From Candidatus Methanoperedens sp. (lineage in GTDB: Archaea > Halobacteriota > Methanosarcinia > Methanosarcinales > Methanoperedenaceae), in NCBI GenBank assembly GCA_027460535.1, contig JAPZAR010000013.1:1-16828 (forward strand): a DNA stretch of 16,828 nucleotides, written 5' to 3'. Positions 1 through 6,635 of this stretch are shown here, piece after piece (within the stretch, counting starts at the first letter, position 1; the number at the start of each line of letters is the position of its first letter). Below the pieces are notes generated by a model. It searched no databases. It was not told where the DNA came from and worked only from the letters and a program-made list of their open reading frames with translations. Made by a program: the position numbers and the translations under genes.

Positions 1-313
1 ATAAAGCTCATAGTTGTCATGTATTATATGACAACAAAGCATATATATTTTTTGGTCGAAATTCTAATAAAAAGGTTACTGCCTTAGGAAAAATAATTTT
101 TCTTAGATTTTGTTGTCAGAGGATAGGGGTAAAGTTGGGAGATTTATTGAGATTTTGGATATTGGCTAGTTATTTCTCTGTAAGCCCCAGGCATGAATAC
201 TTACTATGAATAAATGTAATTTTTCATACAGTATCTATGGATCTTTTAGATCAATGATTAGTTTCACTCTTCATACCCAATATTTTTACCCTTATATACC
301 ATGCTGAAATGCG

Positions 314-802
314 ATGAAGTTCTCAAGTTTCGGGACAACGATAAACTCTCAAGAGATCGTAAACTCAATTACCCGGCACGGGGCCCCGGTATTCCATACG
401 TCCGAGATGCATATCAAGCCTTTCATATGCAGGGAGAGCGTTTGCAACCTTGCCGACATTATCGCCGTTTTCAAAAAAGATGAGAGATTCCATATCGTTG
501 GTATTGAGATAAAGGAATGGAATAGCACAGTACATCCAAAACTTGCAGTGGAATACCTGGAAACATACAGGCAGACATGTGAATACTTCTATCTTGCAGC
601 GAAACACTTCTCCAGTGGCACTCTTGAGGTGAAAGAAATAGGACTGCTTGACCTGACAGACATGAAAGTCGTTAAGGATCCTGCATATCTATTCCCGGAT
701 CCGGATTTCAGGGCAAATATGATGAAAAGGATAAAAAAACATTTCCAGGTTCTCCAGGATGTGGTGGATGATCCGTTCCAGAGGACGCTTTTAGAATTTT
801 AG
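314..802 (+). CDS. hypothetical protein with PD-(D/E)xK (restriction-endonuclease-fold) nuclease-like motif
   Basis: 162-codon ATG ORF. The motif pair NLADIIAV then HIVGIEIKEW gives an acidic residue after a hydrophobic strand followed by E-x-K, the classic PD-(D/E)xK arrangement. TATA-like cttatata at 291-298 lies about 20 nt upstream, suggesting a short or absent leader. No family name can be assigned without a search. Confidence 0.6.
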   Translation: MKFSSFGTTINSQEIVNSITRHGAPVFHTSEMHIKPFICRESVCNLADIIAVFKKDERFHIVGIEIKEWNSTVHPKLAVEYLETYRQTCEYFYLAAKHFSSGTLEVKEIGLLDLTDMKVVKDPAYLFPDPDFRANMMKRIKKHFQVLQDVVDDPFQRTLLEF

Positions 803-846
803 GTACTTATACGTCAAAATTATTTAAGTTAGAGTTGTTAAGGATT

Positions 847-1326
847 ATGATGGATCATTCTTTAAAAACTGGACTCAGTTTTGGTATAACCTCGGGAATA
901 ATCACCACTCTTGGATTAATTGTGGGTTTGCATGCCGCAACTCCTACTAAACCGGTGATTATCGGAGGAATCCTGACGATAGCGATAGCAGATGCATTCT
1001 CCGATGCGCTGGGGATCCATATTTCTGAAGAATCTGAGAACAGACATACCGTCAGGGAGATATGGGTATCGACCTTTTCTACTTTTATGGCCAAATTCAC
1101 CTTTGCACTGGCGTTTATCATTCCGATAGTCCTGCTTCCGCTCACAACCGCGATCATCGTGAGCATCGCCTGGGGATTATCTCTTCTCGGGATATTCAGC
1201 TATTACATTGCAAAACAGCAAAAAGCAAAACCCTGGAAAGCGGTCTTCGAACATCTGTTGATCGCATTGATTGTAATAGCTATTACGCATTATGCGGGTG
1301 ACTGGATAGGGGCGACTTTCGGCTAA
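847..1326 (+). CDS. VIT1/CCC1-like (DUF125-type) small integral membrane protein, putative Fe/Mn transporter
   Basis: Sequence GLSFGITSGIITTLGLIVGL followed by ADAFSDALG and three further hydrophobic segments resembles the membrane domain of VIT1/CCC1 family proteins. The ORF opens at TTG 835. ATGs at 847 and 850 follow AGGA at 841-844, so the exact start is uncertain. Confidence 0.6.
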   Translation: MMDHSLKTGLSFGITSGIITTLGLIVGLHAATPTKPVIIGGILTIAIADAFSDALGIHISEESENRHTVREIWVSTFSTFMAKFTFALAFIIPIVLLPLTTAIIVSIAWGLSLLGIFSYYIAKQQKAKPWKAVFEHLLIALIVIAITHYAGDWIGATFG

Positions 1327-1557
1327 ATCGCCCCAATTCCCACTCGCGCCCACCTTTCTCCCTTCATTTGTTGATCTAGTGTTCATCCCCTATGTAATCC
1401 GGGTGCTGTCGCAGCACAGGTATCCTGTTCACGGCCCAGCGGTAGTCAGGGCAGGTACGACCAGAGAGGATGAAGCTTCCCCCCTGGGGCCAGAAGGAAC
1501 ATCGCGCTTAGAGCGGACTGGTGGAGCGTTGAGAGCATCACGCCGCCAGCGCGCAAA
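1327..1557. other. GC-rich (~59% by hand count) non-coding island between convergent genes; possible structured RNA or gene remnant
   Basis: 136 G+C in 230 nt by manual count, whereas other intergenic stretches here are clearly AT-rich. Hairpins: 1403-1408/1412-1417 (GTGCTG/CAGCAC), and 1518-1524/1543-1549 (CTGGTGG/CCGCCAG, where one G-T pair works only on the + strand). No convincing ORF in any frame. Confidence 0.3.
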
Positions 1558-2373
1558 TTACAGAATATATGTCCTAACTGCCTCAACCAGTACCTGATAT
1601 GAAATCCACAGCATCCAGATGGTGATTGCTAAGAAAAATATCGCGAAAAGTAACTTTGCAAACCCTGTAATCATCTTATTGCCTCCCCTGCTCTCAATTT
1701 TATTTACTGGAGCATTGATTACATAGTTCCCCATTACCTCTTCATATTCGAGAGGATGCTCATGGCGCAGTTCCTCTTCTGAAATAGTACCTGTTAACCA
1801 GGACATATTAGGGAATTTTTCCAGATGCTCATCATAGAAGTGTCCGATGAACACCGCAATGGAAGCAAGAACCGCCTCCCATGTGTGGAAAAGGTTAGCG
1901 ACCTGGATGATACCTATGGGAAAGTACTGCATGGCCTCAAAGGGCTTCCACATCAATATCCCGGTAAAACCCATAACGACAGCTCCAAATCCTGCTCCGA
2001 AATATTCGAACTTCTGTTTCCATGTATATCTTCCGGATTTGGGACGCTCATCTGAATATCGTAAGGAATATCGAATCTGCTGCAGAAAGTTGCTAATATC
2101 ATCCATATTAAATAATACGTCATAGCGTGGTTTCTCCAAAATATGGTAAACCACATGATATACGCTTACACCGATCATTATCAGGCCTGCACCATGGTGT
2201 ATAAAGGTCCTGTTATCAAAACCACCCACAGATGAAATCATCCATTTAGACCACCATTCGTCAGGGAACATCAGGGGAAAACCCGTATAAGCCAGCAATA
2301 TAAACGTTGAAAAAAATATTATATGCTCGATACGCTGGTTAAGAGTGAACCTCTTGAATTTAAACTCTGGCAC
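1558..2373 (-). CDS. b-type cytochrome, FdnI/HydC-like (formate dehydrogenase gamma / Ni-Fe hydrogenase cytochrome b family), 5 predicted TM helices
   Basis: N-terminus KRFTLNQRIEHIIFFSTFILLAYTG is typical of this family. Conserved-looking His sit in TM segments (RIEH, FIHHGAG, VYHVVYH, LFHTWEA, IGHFYDEH). GTG start at 2373 is preceded by AGGAGGG (2381-2387 on the + strand, read as complement). It lies 1 nt after the TGA of the upstream cytochrome c gene. Confidence 0.8.
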   Translation of the reverse strand: MPEFKFKRFTLNQRIEHIIFFSTFILLAYTGFPLMFPDEWWSKWMISSVGGFDNRTFIHHGAGLIMIGVSVYHVVYHILEKPRYDVLFNMDDISNFLQQIRYSLRYSDERPKSGRYTWKQKFEYFGAGFGAVVMGFTGILMWKPFEAMQYFPIGIIQVANLFHTWEAVLASIAVFIGHFYDEHLEKFPNMSWLTGTISEEELRHEHPLEYEEVMGNYVINAPVNKIESRGGNKMITGFAKLLFAIFFLAITIWMLWISYQVLVEAVRTYIL

Positions 2374-2374
2374 C

Positions 2375-3241
2375 TCATTCCCTCCTTTTTATCTCGAACT
2401 TTGAATTAATATCAAGGGATATAAGCCCCAGTGTAAAGGCGACTTCAAACAGGATCATAAGTATGTAGAAATAGGTTACAAGTTTTTTAGCATCAATGGA
2501 TAGTAAGTAAACAGACTGCCCTTCGTGAATCTTACCTCCATAAATCAGCTTACTTTGACCTGGGTGGCAGCCAGGTTTTCCACATGTAGAAGGAAGATTT
2601 GCTGGATATATTGACGATGTGGGATCGCTTTGATCTTTCGTATCATGGTTTTCATGACAATCCGGACATGTTGCAACCCCTTTTCCTCCTGAAATAAGTG
2701 CTTTATAGTGATATGAATTTTTATAGGTATCAAATCTATCCGTCTGAATCCCGTAGTACCATGCGCTCATCTTGGTCTGATTTTCATGACAACTCGCGCA
2801 GAGTTGAGGAACATTTCCTGAATAAGTCATGGATCCAGGGTTTTTGGAGGATAGAATATTATGGGTTCCGTGGCAATCTGTGCATGTAGGTGCTATTCCG
2901 TGTCCGTTTTCAAGCTCTTTCCAGTGTATGCTTTCTTTGTATAGTCTGGTCTCCTCACGATGGCATGTGGAGCATAAATCAGAGATATTAGTTCGTGTTG
3001 GTACACCTGTAAAATTTGTGCTCATGACGTTTACTGATATTGTGGACCCATTGACATGTATTTCCCCGCCGTGACAGTCAATACATGAAATATTTTTATT
3101 AAAGTGCACGCTTTCCATTAACTCATTCACCTGTTTGGAATGACAATGGAAACATGATACATCCTCGTTTTGCCCGGATACTACTTCGATCCCTGCCAGT
3201 ATTAAGAGTCCTGCGATGAAAAATAAATCTAATCTGTTCAT
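2375..3241 (-). CDS. multihaem c-type cytochrome (6 CxxCH + 1 CxxxxCH), signal peptide and C-terminal TM anchor
   Basis: Haem motifs CFHCH, CIDCH, CSTCH, CTDCH, CASCH, CPDCH and CGKPGCH. At least 8 additional His are available as distal ligands. N-terminal MNRLDLFFIAGLLILAGIEVVSG looks like a signal peptide. C-terminal LVTYFYILMILFEVAFTLGLISL is a TM helix. The ORF opens with TTG at 3247; the first ATG is at 3241. Confidence 0.9.
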   Translation of the reverse strand: MNRLDLFFIAGLLILAGIEVVSGQNEDVSCFHCHSKQVNELMESVHFNKNISCIDCHGGEIHVNGSTISVNVMSTNFTGVPTRTNISDLCSTCHREETRLYKESIHWKELENGHGIAPTCTDCHGTHNILSSKNPGSMTYSGNVPQLCASCHENQTKMSAWYYGIQTDRFDTYKNSYHYKALISGGKGVATCPDCHENHDTKDQSDPTSSIYPANLPSTCGKPGCHPGQSKLIYGGKIHEGQSVYLLSIDAKKLVTYFYILMILFEVAFTLGLISLDINSKFEIKRRE

Positions 3242-3269
3242 ACTCAAGCCCGGAAAAATCCACTGGTTT

Positions 3270-3581
3270 CTATTTTATCACAGCGGTGTATTCTTCATGC
3301 AGGATTCTTTCTTTCTCTCTTTTGAGTTCTTCCTCCCTGCGGGCAATGGCTTTCATGGCCTCAGTTGGTTTTACAGTCACCGTAATCCTGTTCTTCCTAT
3401 CCCTCATAGATACTACAAGCCCATAGACCAGAAGTACAACTGCAGCCACTGGAATAAGGAACAGCCATCCCATAACGAAAGCCATAAAAACTCCAGCTAT
3501 CAAAGAAGTTGTATACTTTGCCCATCTGGGCATCTTCCATTTCTCCCTGTCAAATTTGTTCATGTCGTATTTCATACTCAT
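3270..3581 (-). CDS. small membrane protein (103 aa, 2 predicted TM helices, charged helical C-terminus), unknown family
   Basis: ATG at 3581 overlaps the upstream stop (ATGA). AAGGAGGAA lies immediately upstream; a second in-frame ATG at 3575 has better spacing. Hydrophobic SLIAGVFMAFVMGWLFLIPVAAVVLLVYGLVV is followed by the KAIARREEELKREKERIL tail. Confidence 0.6.
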   Translation of the reverse strand: MSMKYDMNKFDREKWKMPRWAKYTTSLIAGVFMAFVMGWLFLIPVAAVVLLVYGLVVSMRDRKNRITVTVKPTEAMKAIARREEELKREKERILHEEYTAVIK

Positions 3582-3757
3582 TTCCTCCTTTTCTCAAAAA
3601 ACAACTTATATATCAAAATCACTATCAGGATTAACGGGATGCCAGGAGACACCCACAAAACAAAAGCCATGAACGCCTCTGCCGGGTAATAATAAGCAGC
3701 TACCATAATTGCTACTGCTGCTGCCGCAGCTGCAACATATTTTATTCTTTTGGCCAT
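3578..3757 (-). CDS. small membrane protein (59 aa, 2 predicted TM helices), unknown family
   Basis: The track ORF runs to 3805, but the internal ATG at 3757 is preceded by GGGGAG (complement of 3766-3771), giving MAKRIKYVAAAAAAVAIMVAAYYYPAEAFMAFVLWVSPGIPLILIVILIYKLFFEKRRK. There is a 4-nt overlap with the next gene. Confidence 0.5.
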   Translation of the reverse strand: MAKRIKYVAAAAAAVAIMVAAYYYPAEAFMAFVLWVSPGIPLILIVILIYKLFFEKRRK

Positions 3758-4317
3758 GAATTGCTCCCCTATGGTACCTATAGTATTCGTATCATCACCT
3801 CGCAAAAATTATCCCGGATTTCCCCATATGGTCTATTATGTCTCTTATCGCAGCACTGAATTTGCCATTATGCCATACAATGTGAGGTTCCATTTTCTTG
3901 ATACAATTATTATCAATGGAAATATGCCTTGTAACTATCATGTTCCACTACCCTGAGTTATGATGCTTGGACTCATCAGCCCGACCCTCATTTTTCCTAT
4001 TTTATCCAAATATCCATTCGACCAAAGTCGACCTTTTTGAGGCTGACGGATTCCCTCTTGAAGTTTTTGAGCCTTTTTATCAGTAACCAATTTCAGATTC
4101 AAGCTTTTTATCCAAGCCCCATTATAATCTGGTTTGCTAACGTAAATAATTTGCTATTCGCGATTGAGCATTTGGGACGAAAGTCGGATTCTACACGGAT
4201 ATACGCAAACTTTATATATCATGTTCGCATATCATCGAAGCACAGTGGGCAGAAAAATAACTTTTTTAAAACCACCATCCAACCCAACCTGCCCACTAAC
4301 CACTATTTTCATTTAAA

Positions 4318-5226
4318 TTATATAACAGCAGGAAGTCTTTTTTGAGAAATCGCTATTTTCTCTTCAAAACCCGGGTCTTTTATTTCATTCAAATGCAGTC
4401 CGACTTCTTCCGGAGAATATCCAAGCGCCATGCCGAGCAACTGGCTATAATGAACAACGGGAATATTATAGGTCTCTCCCACAGCTTTTAGTTCGACCTG
4501 TCCGGCATCGTACTGCATATGGCAAAAGGGACATGCGTCCACGATGCAGTCCACGCCGGCCTTTTTTATCCTCTTGAGCTTGTATTCTGTCATTTTGATA
4601 GATGTTTCTGGCATAGCAGACCGGACACCTCCTCCTGCCCCGCAGCAGCTTGTCTTACCTTCATACCGGACACTTTCTGCGCCCGTTGCTTCTACAAGCT
4701 CATCGAAAAACACGGGACATTCAGCTTTCCCAAGCTTCCTGTCCCTTGTGGGTTTCAAGAGATGGCATCCGTAATGCACGGCTGCCCTGATCCCAAGGGG
4801 TTTCTCTATGGACTTTCCCAGGTTCTCAGGTCCAATATCCCTGTAGAGGAATTCGATTATGTGCCTGACCTCGATAGTGCCGCGGAATTCTTTTCCGATT
4901 TTTTTTAAATGTGCATTCACTTCGTTCCTCAGGGTTACATCGCTCTTCAGGATATCGTTGGCATCCATCAACGAACTGAAACACCCGTTGCATAATGTCA
5001 GGATGTCGGTATTTTTCGCTTCAGCCAGCACGAGGTTTCTCGATGCCAGAGTCAGCCACGTGACCCTGTCAAATGAACGAAATACGCCAGGGGCAGGGCA
5101 ACATGCAGCTTCTTCGAGTTCGCTCCATTTGATCCCGAGCCTGTCCAGGACAAGCTTCGTGGCCTTTTCAATGCCGGGATAGCGATTGGGGATGAGACAT
5201 CCCAGAAAAAGAGATAACTCCTTCAT
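4318..5226 (-). CDS. hdrB: heterodisulfide reductase subunit B (two CCG domains)
   Basis: N-terminus MKELSLFLGCLIPNRYPGIEKATKLVLDRLGI...AACCPAPGVFRSFD closely matches remembered HdrB sequences. Second CCG motif is SCCGAGGG, plus CNGC and CPFCH. 4-nt overlap with hdrC. Confidence 0.9.
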   Translation of the reverse strand: MKELSLFLGCLIPNRYPGIEKATKLVLDRLGIKWSELEEAACCPAPGVFRSFDRVTWLTLASRNLVLAEAKNTDILTLCNGCFSSLMDANDILKSDVTLRNEVNAHLKKIGKEFRGTIEVRHIIEFLYRDIGPENLGKSIEKPLGIRAAVHYGCHLLKPTRDRKLGKAECPVFFDELVEATGAESVRYEGKTSCCGAGGGVRSAMPETSIKMTEYKLKRIKKAGVDCIVDACPFCHMQYDAGQVELKAVGETYNIPVVHYSQLLGMALGYSPEEVGLHLNEIKDPGFEEKIAISQKRLPAVI

Positions 5227-5720
5227 TCTTTTATCAGCTCATTGAATCCTGTCGATTCAAGAAGTTTCTTTATGTCCGTGAGGGCTTTTGGATACTTGTG
5301 GACAGTCTCAGGCAATCCCAGTCCTATTTTTTTTCGAACTGCGATGTGCTTGTCGTCTATTGGGATGGCTTGCCCTGTTTCGACTAAGAAATTGCATACC
5401 TTCCTGTGGGCAGGAAGTATATGCCCTTTTTTCACTGCATTGCTTCTCAAGATGAGTATCTCGTCTGTTATTTTTATCCCGCGAGGGCACCGTTCCTGGC
5501 AATTGTAGCAGGTGGTACACAACCAGAGATCAGGATCTGAAGATGTATCCTTCTTTACTGAATCCCTGACAATCCGCCTGACATTCAGGCTTGTATACCT
5601 GCCTGACGGGCAGCTGCCCGTGCAGGTACCGCACTGGAAACAGGTAAGTATCTTTGAAAATTCAGTCGAATATTTAGAGGTCAAAGGCTTATCTGAATTT
5701 TCAAACTCGGAATTTTTCAT
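5223..5720 (-). CDS. hdrC: heterodisulfide reductase subunit C (2x[4Fe-4S] ferredoxin-like)
   Basis: CFQCGTCTGSCPSGR and LWLCTTCYNCQERCPRGI cluster motifs, then a helical tail ending HRKVCNFLVETGQAIPIDD, as in HdrC. Confidence 0.9.
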   Translation of the reverse strand: MKNSEFENSDKPLTSKYSTEFSKILTCFQCGTCTGSCPSGRYTSLNVRRIVRDSVKKDTSSDPDLWLCTTCYNCQERCPRGIKITDEILILRSNAVKKGHILPAHRKVCNFLVETGQAIPIDDKHIAVRKKIGLGLPETVHKYPKALTDIKKLLESTGFNELIKE

Positions 5721-5732
5721 TGAGTGAATAAT

Positions 5733-5752
5733 GTATATACTTATATATATTC
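5733..5752 (-). promoter_or_regulatory. TATA-box-like element upstream of hdrC
   Basis: The minus strand reads gaatatatataagtatatac, centred about 25 nt upstream of the hdrC ATG (5720). This spacing suggests a leaderless or very short-leader transcript. Confidence 0.4.
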
Positions 5753-5961
5753 TTTAGTCGAATGGGCACAATCCTAAATTCTGATTTTTACTTTTTCCGA
5801 AAAAGAAACCAGATGATCTGGTTACCAAAGCTCTTCAATGAGTCTCAATAGTTCAAGCGTCTGTCCTTCAGACAGTCTCTCGTACCAGATACCTAACGAT
5901 TGTTGCTTCTTCAGGATATGAGGTAGGTGAGGAACGTTATTATGCCCACTGTAAGGGTGGC

Positions 5962-6000
5962 AAAAATGAGGGTTGCGGGATAGCCCTGCCAAAACCCTCA
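5962..6000 (-). terminator. hairpin plus T5 tract downstream of the ABM-like gene
   Basis: Outer stem 5967-5974 pairs with 5993-6000 (TGAGGGTT/AACCCTCA). An inner GCGGG/CCC(T)GC helix extends it. On the minus strand it is followed by TTTTT (complement of 5962-5966). It begins 15 nt after the stop at 6015-6017. Confidence 0.5.
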
Positions 6001-6014
6001 CTCTTCCATTTTCT

Positions 6015-6614
6015 TCACACTCCCGGTATGAATAAAGCGTGTAGCGGATATACTTCTATAACTGGTTCTGTCTCCGTCATTTTTCCAATCACGGGCATAA
6101 GTCTTTCCCGGGTATAGTTATTAAAATCTTCTTCAGATTCCCATATATCACTAACTCTTATGCCTTTGTCATCGAATGTGACAATATGAAGCACTAACCC
6201 TTCAGGGACATCGCCTTCAAAATCTACTTGTTTTCTCCCCTCTTCATACATTTCTTTTGTAAATCCTTCCCATTTTAGGAGTAAAACTATGCGCGTATTC
6301 AGTCCTTCTCCTCTTCGCTCAGGAATGAATAAATTGTGCAGTGGATATACTTCTACATCCGGTTCCACATCTATCAATTCTTTGGTCACGGCCATTAGTC
6401 TATTTTGGACAAAGTCATTGAAGTCCCTCTCAGATTTCCATACATCCGTAACTCGTGCTCCTTTGTCGTCAAATGTAGCAATATGAAGTACTGCTCCTTT
6501 TGGGACTTCCCCTTCCCAGTTCACTTGTTCTCTCGCCTTTTCATAGAGTTCTTTTGTAACTCCTGTCCATTGCATAAGCATAACTATGCGTTTTTCTTCT
6601 GATCTCTTTGTCAT
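6015..6614 (-). CDS. tandem-duplicated ABM/Dabb-like (ferredoxin-fold, antibiotic-biosynthesis-monooxygenase-like) protein
   Basis: Two ~92-aa halves align end to end at roughly 60% identity by eye: RIVMLMQWTGVTKELYEKAREQVNWEGEVPKGAVLHIATFDDKGARVTDVWKSERDF...EVYPLHNLFIP versus RIVLLLKWEGFTKEMYEEGRKQVDFEGDVPEGLVLHIVTFDDKGIRVSDIWESEEDF...EVYPLHALFIP. Strong RBS GAGGAGGT is the complement of 6619-6626. Confidence 0.75.
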   Translation of the reverse strand: MTKRSEEKRIVMLMQWTGVTKELYEKAREQVNWEGEVPKGAVLHIATFDDKGARVTDVWKSERDFNDFVQNRLMAVTKELIDVEPDVEVYPLHNLFIPERRGEGLNTRIVLLLKWEGFTKEMYEEGRKQVDFEGDVPEGLVLHIVTFDDKGIRVSDIWESEEDFNNYTRERLMPVIGKMTETEPVIEVYPLHALFIPGV

Positions 6615-6635
6615 ATTTAACCTCCTCTTAATTTT

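Noticed and set aside
1480-1505. Possible SRP RNA helix-8-like element (GGGGCCAGAAGGAACA) or a tRNA in the GC island
   Set aside because: The resemblance to the GGNCCGGAAGGAAGCA core is only partial. The closing base pairs do not fit. The island is too short for a ~300-nt archaeal 7S RNA, and no T-loop (GGTTCRANT) or cloverleaf is visible.
1379-1597. 72-aa GTG ORF in the GC-rich island
   Set aside because: Arg/Ala/Gly-rich composition is what random GC-rich DNA produces. There is no RBS, and it runs into the 3' end of the cytochrome b gene on the opposite strand.
3750-4345. + strand ORFs 3750-3956 and 4037-4345
   Set aside because: They sit in AT-rich spacer and overlap the ends of real minus-strand genes. 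The second starts at a non-ATG codon (TTG), neither has an RBS, and both are low-complexity.
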